Positions 1 through 9,608 of a DNA stretch of 64,000 nt are shown here, piece after piece (within the stretch, counting starts at the first letter, position 1; each line of letters begins with the position of its first letter). Made by a program: the position numbers and the translations under genes. The notes under the pieces were generated by a model. The model saw only the letters and a program-made list of their open reading frames with translations, was not told the DNA's origin and made no database searches. The stretch comes from a bacterium (GTDB lineage Bacteria; SZUA-182; DTGQ01; JAFGSM01): contig JBLIRO010000019.1 of assembly GCA_049472335.1 (NCBI GenBank), positions 1 through 64,000 of the forward strand. Direction: 5' to 3'.

Positions 1-614
1 ACCGCATCATGAGAAAACCAACTATCAAAAAGGACAAAGGATGCATCAATGTTATTCTGCCATGCACGAGCTATCATCTCCACTAATACGTCAGTCTTCT
101 TTCTCAATGCCTCTTTGCGTCGAAGCCATCCATTGGTCCTTTTGTCAATATCTCTCATGCATGTATTAGGACGATTTTTTGAAGTATGAAAGGCCATATC
201 AAGAGGGAAGAAACTGATGCCGTTTTATGATACCCCAATTGCAAACACTGATTGCCCAACATGGATCTTTTGGCCTTATGGTCAAAATGATAGCTAATAA
301 GCTCTATGTCTTTCCCGGTTTTGGGACTCACGGTGTCATCCACAATAAGGGTCTTTTCAGAATATTGAGCACTATCACTGAGGGCTATTATCCTCAAGGC
401 TAGAAAATATATAAACTTTCGCCAGTTGAAACGTTCATGATTTAAAAATCTAATGATATATTGTTGTTCATGGCAGCTCCTTTTATTTAGTTTTTTTAAT
501 TACTTATGACAAGTAAAGTATACTAAATTTGGAGCTGCTTTTCAACTTAAAATGTTAATATTTTCAATTAATTAATCACTATTTGTTGTACCAAATTTTA
601 CTGTGAAACTTTAG
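1..614 (-). mobile_element. IS4/IS701-like DDE insertion sequence remnant; transposase broken by an internal deletion and a frameshift, running off the window start
   Basis: The minus strand reads RFLNHERFNWRKF...LIVDDTVSPKTGKDIELISYHFDH, then after a frameshift near 225 FFPLDMAF...DKRTNGWLRRKEA...VLFDSWF (the two catalytic Asp regions). An ATG at 471 with an AAGGAG RBS is out of frame with the core. GCAGCTCC (473-480) and GGAGCTGC (531-538) can pair over the RBS. The element end near 614 is a guess. Confidence 0.75.
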
Positions 615-644
615 TTATGTATAATATTTATAGATTATTAGTAA

Positions 645-934
645 ATGAAATCATTTAATGTTCGATATTACATAGATCCTAAAATAAACGAACCTCATAT
701 TTATAATCATGGTGTTTATGAATACGAAGTTGAAGAAGTTTAATAAGACCAGGAGAAGATCGTCCTGGAATAGAAGGTTCAAGAATTGGAATAGGGCAAA
801 CAAGGTCTGGAAGATCCCTAAGGATCATTTATGTTCCGAATCCAGAACCTAATTATGTTTTTGTAATAACTGCATATGAATTAACAGGAAAACCTTTGAA
901 AGCTTATAGATGCCGAAGGAGAAGAAAGAAGTGA
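645..934 (+). pseudogene. BrnT/DUF4258-like type II toxin, frameshifted
   Basis: ATG 645 gives MKSFNVRYYIDPKINEPHIYNHGVYEYEVEEV, with a stop at 741-743. Adding one T restores LIRPGEDRPG...IGQTRSGRSLRIIYVP...VFVITAYELTGKPLKAYR...KK* (TGA 932-934), which resembles BrnT-like RNase toxins. Confidence 0.7.
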
Positions 935-1128
935 AGAAAAGTAAATTCCCTCCTGGATGGGATGAAAAAAAAGTTCGTAAAGTATTAGTTCATTATGAAG
1001 AACAGTCTGAAGAAGAAGCACTCGCAGAAGATGGAGCAGTTTATAAAGATAAAAATCAAATTTTTATGGAAATTCCAATTGAATTGGTACCAAAAGTCCG
1101 GGAATTGATTGCGCATCATAAACATTAA
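931..1128 (+). CDS. Putative antitoxin of the upstream toxin
   Basis: GTG start overlaps the toxin stop (GTGA). Small acidic protein KFPPGWDEKKV...EEEALAED...MEIPIELVPKVRELIA. Confidence 0.65.
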   Translation: MKKSKFPPGWDEKKVRKVLVHYEEQSEEEALAEDGAVYKDKNQIFMEIPIELVPKVRELIAHHKH

Positions 1129-1187
1129 ATTCCTATTTCAATAAGATTCCCTTAAATATAGAAATTTAAGAGGATAGAAAAAGGATT

Positions 1188-1280
1188 TTGTAACTTTCAA
1201 TCCACCTGATTTCACACTGCTGGCCGTGATCCGTGAGAGTTCTTGTAACATGAGCGTATCAGGTGATTTCTTCGATAGGA
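1188..1280 (+). other. Integron attC-like site 1 (non-canonical core)
   Basis: TAAC at 1191-1194. AATCCACCTGAT (1199-1210) pairs with ATCAGGTGATT (1258-1268) leaving one extrahelical base. The right core is GATAGGA rather than GTTRRRY. It lies just downstream of the TA pair. Confidence 0.5.
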
Positions 1281-1315
1281 CGGACCGCTCGCAAGCGAGC
1301 GGTCCGTCCTATCGA
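1272..1315. repeat. Perfect 21-bp inverted repeat
   Basis: TCGATAGGACGGACCGCTCGC-AA-GCGAGCGGTCCGTCCTATCGA. Confidence 0.95.
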
Positions 1316-1460
1316 CGGCGGATGCTTCGCCATTGCCCTTGCTAGGCTCCGCTCGTGCTCTGTCTATCAAGGGCAATATTGAACCGAAGTAGGCCCAAAC
1401 CGTCGCGCTCTGCGTGCGCTCCGTTTGTGGAGCCTGCTCTGCTCATCGCCGGCGTTGGGT
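1306..1460 (+). other. Integron attC-like site 2
   Basis: CCTATC-GACGG-CGGATG (from 1308) pairs imperfectly with CATCG-CCGGC-GTTGGG. It ends in a canonical GTTRRRY (GTTGGGT, 1454-1460) and is a GC-rich island in AT-rich DNA. Confidence 0.45.
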
Positions 1461-1619
1461 ATAATACATATTAGGAGATTAATTTGTGTATTTAGGTGGT
1501 ACCTTAATTAAGGTTGATTGGCTTACATTCAAATAAAAAAAAGACGGAGGTGAGGTGATGGAAATTTTTACACTGATTTAACTTTAATATTTCAAAACAA
1601 AACTTAGAGGAGTTAAAAA

Positions 1620-2591
1620 ATGAAGAAAAAAGTTATAATATACTTAGCTGTATTTATAATTTTATTAACTGCACCAATATTTTTGTTTGCAGAGTCCATA
1701 ACTATCAATATAACTGCAGAAGTGGCATATGTTGATGACTGGGGGAATACATTAGGCGGGGTAGTAGAGGTGGGCGATATTATAACTGGAGAATATACTT
1801 ATGAATCAACAACTCCTGATACAAATCCGCTCCCAACAGTGGGGGATTATTGGCATACCACTAGTCCCTATGGAATTTCACTTGAAGTAAATGGGCTTGT
1901 TTTTGAGACAGATCATTCTGATGTCGAATTTATTGTTGAAATTTGCAACAACCATGGTACCCTCCAAGATGACAACTACTTATTAAGAAGTTATAATAAT
2001 CTTCAACTTCCTGGCGGAATAATTGTAGAGCATATCGCATGGCAACTTGATGATCCAACAGGAACTGCTTTATCCAGTGAGGCCTTGCCGATCGACCCTC
2101 CTATACTAGAGGACTGGCAATCAATTTTTGGTATATCCATTAATGGTTTTATTCCTGATCCTTATTTTCCAGATTTTCCTTTATTTGAGACCGAGTATTT
2201 CATTCGTGCACATGTTACCTCTGCTACTATTGTTTCGCCCAAAATCGATGTTGACATTGATATAAAACCTGGGAGTTACCCTAATTGCTTTAATAATAAT
2301 GGCCATGATGTGTTACCTGTAGCCATTTTAGGTAAACCAGACTTTAGTGTATACAATATCGATCCTGCTACTATACAAATTGAAACTCTTTCTGTGAAAA
2401 AAGTTGGAAAAAATGAAAAACTGCTTGCTCATTATGAAGACATAAATGATGATCTTGTTGATGATCTTGTTGTGCAAATTGATGGTAGTGAAAAATTGTT
2501 TGAAAATGGCGAGATTCATGCTACTCTCACAGGTGAGTTATATGATGGCACTCTTATTGAAGGAGAAGATACTATTTGTATAGTTCCATAA
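1620..2591 (+). CDS. Secreted hypothetical protein with a C-terminal DIDIKPGS-type beta domain
   Basis: GAGGAG RBS, signal peptide, and a C-terminal DIDIKPGSYPN...PVAILG...EDINDDLVDDLV...LTGELYDG...GEDTI module. Confidence 0.75.
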   Translation: MKKKVIIYLAVFIILLTAPIFLFAESITINITAEVAYVDDWGNTLGGVVEVGDIITGEYTYESTTPDTNPLPTVGDYWHTTSPYGISLEVNGLVFETDHSDVEFIVEICNNHGTLQDDNYLLRSYNNLQLPGGIIVEHIAWQLDDPTGTALSSEALPIDPPILEDWQSIFGISINGFIPDPYFPDFPLFETEYFIRAHVTSATIVSPKIDVDIDIKPGSYPNCFNNNGHDVLPVAILGKPDFSVYNIDPATIQIETLSVKKVGKNEKLLAHYEDINDDLVDDLVVQIDGSEKLFENGEIHATLTGELYDGTLIEGEDTICIVP

Positions 2592-2730
2592 GCAATTTTA
2601 AGATAACATTAAATAGAAAAGCAAATTCAGTGTCAATTCGATTTATACAAAAATGCATTTTAAAGAATTGACTTAAATTTAACTTTTACTATAGAGCGCG
2701 CAGTGATATTTTCCAAACCCTGCTTGTTAT

Positions 2731-3249
2731 TTTTATGCCCTCAATCCGGACGGCACAATCAAATGGGATTTCTATGCAGGAGGCTGGGAAAGTATTAAGT
2801 CCTCAAATGGAAATATGGTACGGATGTTGCGGTATGGTCTCCCCCATCCATTGCTTCTGACGGGACTTTGTATGTCGGAAGCAATGACAGAAAAATCTAT
2901 ACGTTCGGGGAGTATAAGTATTGGTATATTGACATGGATAAGGATGGATTCGGAGATCATAACCAGGAAATTAGGGTATCTGCCTGTCCTTCAGGATATG
3001 TTGATAATAATTTGGATTGTAATGATCAGGATGGGCTGATCAACCCCGAAGCCCATAAGCTATGCGATGAAAAGGACAATGATTGTGATGGGCTCATTGA
3101 TGATGAAGGGGCCCTTGATTGCTGGCGTCTTTTATGTTTATACTCGCCCGGGTATCGGATATCAAAGAACAGAGACCCTGGAAACCGGAAAAGGATATTG
3201 GATATTGTTAAATGATACAGCGGATAGGACAATTATCAATATAAGATAA
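2731..3249 (+). pseudogene. Fragmented remnant of a large secreted protein (PQQ-like propeller, Cys/Asp metal-binding motif, GKGYWI domain)
   Basis: Three pieces in different frames: FYALNPDGTIKW; LKWKYGT...PSIASDGTLYVGSND...DCNDQD...LCDEKDNDCDGLIDD; GYQRTETLETGKGYWILL. No start codon or signal peptide. Confidence 0.7.
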
Positions 3250-3305
3250 AAGACGATTTAACATATCAAGTAAATGGGTGGCCCCATTCCTTGATAAACA
3301 TGAAA

Positions 3306-3590
3306 TTATTTTGTTTTTCTGATCCAAAGCGGTATAGTTATATAATAAAAAATGCTTATAAAATTAACAGGATAAAAAAGCACAACACCCCAATACCATT
3401 CACTAGATCGACTTTTTCGGGAATAGTTAAGCAGCGCAAAAACCATTAAATATGCAAAAATTTGGAGAAAACATCCGAAAACCATTGCCTTACAATATTT
3501 ACCCCTGAATCTGGTTCTAATGAGGTATATGATCGGAATCAACAATCCTCCGAAATAAAATAATCTATTCATTATCATATCAAGTAACAT
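3306..3590 (-). CDS. Small membrane hypothetical protein
   Basis: 94-aa ORF with three hydrophobic segments; no recognised family. Confidence 0.5.
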   Translation of the reverse strand: MLLDMIMNRLFYFGGLLIPIIYLIRTRFRGKYCKAMVFGCFLQIFAYLMVFALLNYSRKSRSSEWYWGVVLFYPVNFISIFYYITIPLWIRKTK

Positions 3591-3943
3591 CTTTATTTAA
3601 CTCAGATTAATTTTTAAGCGTGCTCCCAATTAAGATACCATTTACCCAGTAATGTCCCGTTTCACCTGCCGGAAAAAGGGCATATTTTATATTGCCAAAA
3701 TCAAGGAGGCTATTAACGGTCGGATTCCATCTTATTATATTATATAACTTTTTTACGGAATGGTTGTAACTTGATGAACTTCTCATAATAAGGATGATAA
3801 CGCTTTAGTGACAGGCATGATGTTTGAAATATCATTGCTGAGACGGTTTTTTATTTTTTACTCATTCTTTTATTTTCTCTTTCCTGTTTTATCAAAGAAA
3901 CTGTGGTGTACACTAAGCTGTCGGATTTGTGATAAATCATTTG

Positions 3944-3974
3944 CGTTGGAGAGGCGGGGTACGCCTCTCCAACG
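3944..3974 (-). terminator. Hairpin downstream of the TRL-like gene
   Basis: CGTTGGAGAGGCG-gggta-CGCCTCTCCAACG, about 40 bp past the stop at 4013. Confidence 0.6.
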
Positions 3975-4012
3975 TTTGCGGAACTTGATTGTTTAACAAT
4001 TATTACAAAGAG

Positions 4013-4327
4013 TTATTCTCCATAGACGGTGACTTTGTATCTTCCGTATATTCCCAGAATGTTCTCCACATCCCAATCAACATGATGTACCTTTGTTATG
4101 CCGCCGTTCTTTTTTGCGGTTTCAATACTGGCATCGCCCGTTGCCACCAAGGACAGAATGCTTATGCATTCGGCTGTTCCTACTTTGGTTGCCTTTCCGT
4201 TGTTGGCTGTGGCCGTCACGGGAAGTTCCAACTTCGTGTACATCGTTCCGACAGGATAAGGCGTAGCACAACCCATGACTAAAGCCAGCAAAGCACAAAC
4301 TACAAGGGTTGCAGCAGCTTTTCTCAT
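4013..4327 (-). CDS. TRL-like family lipoprotein
   Basis: AGGAGA RBS before ATG 4327; lipobox LVMGC; TRL-like motif KVGTAECISILSLVATGDASIETAKKNGGITKVHHVD. Confidence 0.85.
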   Translation of the reverse strand: MRKAAATLVVCALLALVMGCATPYPVGTMYTKLELPVTATANNGKATKVGTAECISILSLVATGDASIETAKKNGGITKVHHVDWDVENILGIYGRYKVTVYGE

Positions 4328-4641
4328 GTTCTCTCCTTTCTCTATTGTTTTTGACGTAGAAATCACCTGTTTCACAGCTATTTTAAGGCCATTCTTCCCT
4401 TCATAGCTATCTTAGTGAAAACAGGTGCAGGTTAGCCTAATTTTTGTTGATCCACATCTCAGATAAGCCACTGTGAATATTAACATAAAGAAATCATCCG
4501 GTTATATAACTAATTTTTTATTGCGGTATTCACTCGATTCTATATGAAAAAATTGTATATCATTTTCAGTATGGAAAGTCAAAAGTGGGATAAAATCAAC
4601 AGAGATATTTACTAAGTCTTATAAGTATCGAGGTTGTCCGA

Positions 4642-5340
4642 CTAGATAATTTCATAGGGAATGGATTTATTCAATCGGATTTTTCGAAGATCTATGGATA
4701 CATCATACACCATGATCTCCACGCCATTCTGTGCAACAGACCTCAGGGCCTTTCCGTAAGCCGGATCAATATGATCTGCCGGTCTGAAAATCCTTGCATC
4801 AGTCCTTTGTATAAGGTAGAACATAACACACCTTGTCTGATGATTAACAAGTCTTTGCAGTTCTTCAAGATGTTTGAGCCCTCTTGAGGTGACTGCGTCA
4901 GGAAAGAAAGCAATATGATTTTCAACAAGGGTGCAATTTTTGATCTCTATAAAACATCGATTGTTTTCTTCATCCTCAAGTAGTATATCGATTCGGGAAT
5001 TTTGACCATACCGCACTTCTGTCAAAATATTCTTATAACCGGACAGGGCTTTGATTTCAGTATTCTCGATTGCCTTTTTGATTAACTTATTTGGTATCAA
5101 GGTGTTTACACCCACAAGGGACCCGGGCATTTGAATCATCTCGAATGTGAACCTTAAACGCCTTCCGGGCTTATTATGTTCGGAAAGATAAACCAGTCTT
5201 CCCGGTTCACAACATCTAAGCATGCTTCCCGTATTTGGACAATAGGCCGTAACAGTTTTTCCGTCACTCAGCCTGACATCCACCATAAAACGTTTATACC
5301 GTTTTAATAGTATCCCTTTGGTCAGCTTTGGCCATTTAAG
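4642..5340 (-). CDS. sfsA: DNA/RNA nuclease SfsA (start uncertain)
   Basis: Motifs YCPNTGSM, SRIDILL, FIEIKNCTL, FPDAVTSRGLKHL, DHIDPAYG. The conserved N-terminus GILLKRYKRF lies in frame upstream of the first ATG (5286). Confidence 0.9.
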   Translation of the reverse strand, partial: LKWPKLTKGILLKRYKRFMVDVRLSDGKTVTAYCPNTGSMLRCCEPGRLVYLSEHNKPGRRLRFTFEMIQMPGSLVGVNTLIPNKLIKKAIENTEIKALSGYKNILTEVRYGQNSRIDILLEDEENNRCFIEIKNCTLVENHIAFFPDAVTSRGLKHLEELQRLVNHQTRCVMFYLIQRTDARIFRPADHIDPAYGKALRSVAQNGVEIMVYDVSIDLRKIRLNKSIPYEII

Positions 5341-5502
5341 CCCTATTTTGTCATCATTGGCTGTTTTTTTGATTCTTAGAATAAACCTGTTGCTTTCATG
5401 ATTTATATGATTTATATGATGTATTCCTTAAATTTTCAGTTTGCAGTTTCCATTAGCTTCTCGAAAACCACACGGTTTTCGAATAGTTGCCTCTTATAGC
5501 CC

Positions 5503-5907
5503 TTATTTTTTGAAATTTTCCTTTATAAAATTTTTCAATTTACACTCGATGAGATTGGTTACCTCCTCGAATGCTTCCGCCCTGGCCCCATAGGGATCTG
5601 GTATATTCCAGTCGAGCTTTCTCCCTGCAAAATTTCCGGGACATACAATATCTGCAGGAAATGATGCCAGGCTGATTATAAAGTCCATTTCTGCTATGGG
5701 GATCTCCTCCAGACCTTTTGAATATTGATCAGAAATATCTATGCCCCTTTTATCCATGACTTCATATACCCCTCCGGCAATCATGCTTAACGGGCTTAGT
5801 CCAGCCGAATAGGCCTTATACAGCCCTTTGCCATATAATTTGGAAAGCCCTTCCGCTATCTGGCTCCGGCACGCATTGGCATAACAGATAAAAGCTACTT
5901 TTTTCAT
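5503..5907 (-). CDS. arsC: Low-molecular-weight phosphatase / thioredoxin-type arsenate reductase family protein
   Basis: CX5R P-loop FICYANACRSQIAE; YSAG, DISDQYSK and WNIPDP motifs. Only one downstream Cys, so arsenate reductase activity is uncertain. Confidence 0.7.
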   Translation of the reverse strand: MKKVAFICYANACRSQIAEGLSKLYGKGLYKAYSAGLSPLSMIAGGVYEVMDKRGIDISDQYSKGLEEIPIAEMDFIISLASFPADIVCPGNFAGRKLDWNIPDPYGARAEAFEEVTNLIECKLKNFIKENFKK

Positions 5908-5917
5908 GCTTTACACC

Positions 5918-6661
5918 TCATAATAGAAAATCCTTTTTAATATTTTTCATGGATAAGAAGATGTTATTCTTCAACTTTGGGTCTTCTTTTTCAAGTCTCA
6001 ACAGGAGGTCCTTAATGAACCTTCTTTTTGATTTAAGCCTTTCAGGACATGGATTTTCAATAACCGGGAAGGCGTTTTTCCATGCATACTGCTGCAATAG
6101 CCTTTCCTCAACAAAGGCTAGCGGCCTGACGATTTCAAATCTGCCCCCGAACGTCTTTTGCCTTGGCACCATAGTACTTATCTCCCTGGAGAAGAAGATG
6201 TTCAGCAGTAGTGTCTCTATGATATCATCCTTGTGGTGAGCCATGGCAATCTTATGGCAGCTAAGTTTTTCCGCTGTTTCATAAATTCTTTTTCTGCGCA
6301 TCCTGGCGCATAAAAAACATGGGTTTTTTGTGTTTTCAGGGTGATGTGCCCTCTTGAATATATCCGTTTTTTCGATTATAAGGCTGCTTCCAAACTTAGC
6401 CAGATATTCCCGGGCAGTGAATACACTCTTATCCAGCGTGGGAGATGAAAAACCCAGGTCAATGAACACAGGATAAATGGTAATGGGCGGATTAAAGGAT
6501 ACTTCTTCAATAAAGGCCTTATGGAGCAATTGAAAGAGGCAGAAGCTGTCTTTCCCTCCGGAGAAAGCCAGTAGGATGCTGTCCCCCGGAGAAATCAGCT
6601 CATAATCCCGGTTGGCATTTTTCAAAGAGCGTATGATACGGGTTTCCAGACTTGGGGGCAT
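5918..6661 (-). CDS. ttcA: tRNA 2-thiocytidine biosynthesis TtcA family protein
   Basis: PP-loop SGGKDS, CFLCARMRR, AHHKDDIIET, VRPL, ENPCP. Confidence 0.85.
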   Translation of the reverse strand: MPPSLETRIIRSLKNANRDYELISPGDSILLAFSGGKDSFCLFQLLHKAFIEEVSFNPPITIYPVFIDLGFSSPTLDKSVFTAREYLAKFGSSLIIEKTDIFKRAHHPENTKNPCFLCARMRRKRIYETAEKLSCHKIAMAHHKDDIIETLLLNIFFSREISTMVPRQKTFGGRFEIVRPLAFVEERLLQQYAWKNAFPVIENPCPERLKSKRRFIKDLLLRLEKEDPKLKNNIFLSMKNIKKDFLL

Positions 6662-6704
6662 TTAAACCTTTTTGTTTTTATCCGGGAAGCCTTTCGACTC
6701 CATT

Positions 6705-8432
6705 TCAATTTCGTCTTTTGGCAAATTGGATCAATTCATCCGCAGAAAGGCAGTTCAATACATCTTCCGGGCATAGCCATCCTTTTCGGGCGATACCAAC
6801 CCCGTATCGGGTATCATTGATCCCCTCTATCCTGTGTGCGTCGGGATTTATACTTATCTTGACACCCTGATTTTTAGCTTGATTCAAAAGGCGCCAGTCA
6901 ATATCCAGACGGTGCGGATTGGCATTCAGCTCAATTGCCACTTCCAGTTCACCGGCAGCCTGTATCACCCTGGGCATATTGATGGGATAGCCTTCACGGG
7001 CGAGCAATAAGCGCCCCGTGGGATGCCCCAGGATTGTGACATAAGGATTTTTAAGGGCCTTAAGCACTCGTTCAGTGGCCTCCTCCTCGGTCATTGTAAA
7101 TTTATAGTGAACGCTCGCAATTACCAGATCAAAGGTGGAGAGAACATCATCAGTATAATCCAGACTACCGTTTGCCAGAATATCGCATTCTATACTTTTC
7201 AAGATGCGAAAGCCATTAAATCCCTTATTTATCTCTTCGATTTCCTGATGCTGCACTATGAGACGGTCCACCTGCAATCCATTGGCATAGGAGGCGTTTT
7301 TTGAGTGGTCACACAGGACCATATACTGGTAGCCCATCTCCCGGGAGGCCTCGGCCATTTCCCGTATGGTATTGGCCCCATCGCTGTAATTGGAATGAAC
7401 ATGTATGACACCTCGTAAGTCATCCCATTCTACCAATTTTGGGATATCCTGATTAAGGGCGGCCTGTATCTCGCCATAATTTTCACGCAGTTCAGGTGGT
7501 ATATACTGCATACCCAATTCCCTGAAGATGTCTGCTTCTGTCCGGCAGGGCACGTTTTGGGTCTCGTCCCGGAAAAGACCATATTCATTCATCTTCAAGT
7601 TCATTTTTTTTGCATGCCCCCGCATGGCTACATTGTGTTCCTTAGAGCCTGTGAAATGGTGCAGGGCGTAAGGGAACTGCTCATCATTCACTATCCTCAG
7701 GTCCGCGTTTATCCCGGTTTTTAAAGTAATGCTGGATTTGGTGTTTCCCTTTGCCACAATTAATTCCACCTCTGGGAGCTTGGTGAAACTGTCCATAATC
7801 TGTTCCCTGGCGTTATCTTCAGCACTTATCAATAAATCTATATCCTTGATCGTTTCCTTCCATCGCCGTATGCTTCCTGCTATATCACTGCGGATAACCC
7901 CGGGAAGATTTTTTACCTGTTCATATAAAGCCTCCGCCTCGCCCCTTGCAACTGAAAGCAGGTGTTGTTCGGCATATTTTTTGAGCATGCCGATGCCGAC
8001 CAGGATCTTTTCCTGCGTTTTTTGGCCAAAGCCCTCCAGGTCGATGAGCCGGTTTTCATTGCAGGCATATTCAAGCTCGCCTATAGTGGAAATACCCAGT
8101 TTTTCCCATACGGCTTTCACCTTTTTTGGACCCATTCCGGGGATCTTTAACATCTCGATCATCCCCGGAGGTGTGGAAGCCCTTAGCTCTTCGAGATCGG
8201 AAGATTTGCCTGTTTTTACGAGTTCCGTGATCACCTCGGTAATGCTTTTTCCAACCCCCTTGATTTGGCCAATTTCTCCGGATTCCACCAGTTGATTAAT
8301 ATCCTCGGATACCCCCTGGAGCGTTCTGGCCGCGTTGCTGAACGCCCTTATTTTAAAGGGATTTTCCCCTTTAAGATCCATTAGAACAGCCATTTCTTCC
8401 AGGGCATGAATCACGTCTTTTTTGTCAATCAT
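6705..8432 (-). CDS. polX: DNA polymerase X / PHP-domain exonuclease
   Basis: GENPFKIRAF, HhH repeats, AGSIRRWKETIKDIDLL, HFTGSKEHN, and a PHP domain (HVHSNYSDG, HPTGR, NPDAH). Likely start ATG 8432. Confidence 0.95.
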   Translation of the reverse strand: MIDKKDVIHALEEMAVLMDLKGENPFKIRAFSNAARTLQGVSEDINQLVESGEIGQIKGVGKSITEVITELVKTGKSSDLEELRASTPPGMIEMLKIPGMGPKKVKAVWEKLGISTIGELEYACNENRLIDLEGFGQKTQEKILVGIGMLKKYAEQHLLSVARGEAEALYEQVKNLPGVIRSDIAGSIRRWKETIKDIDLLISAEDNAREQIMDSFTKLPEVELIVAKGNTKSSITLKTGINADLRIVNDEQFPYALHHFTGSKEHNVAMRGHAKKMNLKMNEYGLFRDETQNVPCRTEADIFRELGMQYIPPELRENYGEIQAALNQDIPKLVEWDDLRGVIHVHSNYSDGANTIREMAEASREMGYQYMVLCDHSKNASYANGLQVDRLIVQHQEIEEINKGFNGFRILKSIECDILANGSLDYTDDVLSTFDLVIASVHYKFTMTEEEATERVLKALKNPYVTILGHPTGRLLLAREGYPINMPRVIQAAGELEVAIELNANPHRLDIDWRLLNQAKNQGVKISINPDAHRIEGINDTRYGVGIARKGWLCPEDVLNCLSADELIQFAKRRN

Positions 8433-8554
8433 TTCATTTCCTGTGACAAGATTTATGATATTTGTCAATAACAAGGTTTTCAGGTTTAATATAAGAATAT
8501 AACCACTAAATGGTAATCTTGTCAAAATTGATAAATTTATAAAAGGTCATTAAA

Positions 8555-9559
8555 ATGAATAAACGAATGCTTGTTTATATATTCATACTTATACTTTTAG
8601 TGTTATTTTGTCTATGGGCCTATCATGCCATGATCAATATCCGCCCCGGTGTAACGGGTTCCGATTTCGATCCGAACGACTTGACCGCCATCGCTGACCT
8701 GGAAAGCCCCCTTAAAGAACATATAAAGGCCCTCGCGGAGAAAATAGGACCAAGAAACGTCTTTATTCCCGGGTCATTGAATGCTGCTGCCGATTATATA
8801 CGAGGATATTGGGAAAGGACCGGATATGAAGTGAAAACACAGGTTTATAAGGTCCACAAAACAGACTGTAAAAATCTGTATGTTGAGATTCCCGGAAATC
8901 TGAGACCGGACAAAATAGTTCTCATTGGCGCCCATTATGATACTGTATCCAGATCACCAGGCGCAAATGACAACGGGTCAGGAGTGGCGGCACTTCTTGA
9001 GATCAGCAGGCTTTTCCATGGAAAGACAAAAAACAGGACCCTGCGCTTCGTGGCCTTTGTAAATGAAGAACCCCCTTTTTTCAAGACCTCCACTATGGGC
9101 AGCCTGGTTTACGCTAAGGAATGCCTAAACAGGAAAGAAAATATTATAGCCATGATCTGTCTCGAAACCATAGGCTATTACCGGGACACCGAAAAATCAC
9201 AAAAATACCCATTCCCCCTCAGCTTTTTTTATCCGGATAAGGGTAATTTTGTTGCTGTTGTGGGAAACATTGGCTCAAAACCTCTGGTCAGATCCTTTAC
9301 CCGGACCTTTATGGAACAATCTGATTTTCCTGTTGAATGCGGTGCACTCCTTGGCTTTATCCCCGGGATCGACTGGTCCGATCACTGGTCTTTCTGGAAA
9401 TCCGGCTATTCAGCCATAATGATTACCGATACCGCCTTATTTCGTTATCCTTACTATCATACACCCCAGGACACTGCCGATAAGATTGATTTTAATTCTC
9501 TTGCAAGGATTACATATGGCACATACAGGACCTTGTCAAGAATGGCTGAGGAGTATTGA
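8555..9559 (+). CDS. M28 family metallopeptidase, N-terminally anchored
   Basis: GAHYDT, PGANDNGSG, NEEPP, SDH and YHTPQDT motifs; N-terminal hydrophobic helix. Confidence 0.9.
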   Translation: MNKRMLVYIFILILLVLFCLWAYHAMINIRPGVTGSDFDPNDLTAIADLESPLKEHIKALAEKIGPRNVFIPGSLNAAADYIRGYWERTGYEVKTQVYKVHKTDCKNLYVEIPGNLRPDKIVLIGAHYDTVSRSPGANDNGSGVAALLEISRLFHGKTKNRTLRFVAFVNEEPPFFKTSTMGSLVYAKECLNRKENIIAMICLETIGYYRDTEKSQKYPFPLSFFYPDKGNFVAVVGNIGSKPLVRSFTRTFMEQSDFPVECGALLGFIPGIDWSDHWSFWKSGYSAIMITDTALFRYPYYHTPQDTADKIDFNSLARITYGTYRTLSRMAEEY

Positions 9560-9579
9560 TTGAGAAACTTGACAGAGCA

Positions 9580-9608
9580 TTGACAAAGCGATTCTTATAT
9601 GGTATTTT
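9580..9608 (+). promoter_or_regulatory. Putative sigma70 promoter of the giant gene
   Basis: TTGACA (9580-9585), 17 bp, then TATTTT (9603-9608) with an extended TG. Confidence 0.5.

Noticed and set aside
7729..8295. 188-aa plus-strand ORF, and the many similar short antisense or overlapping ORFs in the track
   Set aside because: These are shadows of well-supported genes (here polX) and have no motifs of their own.
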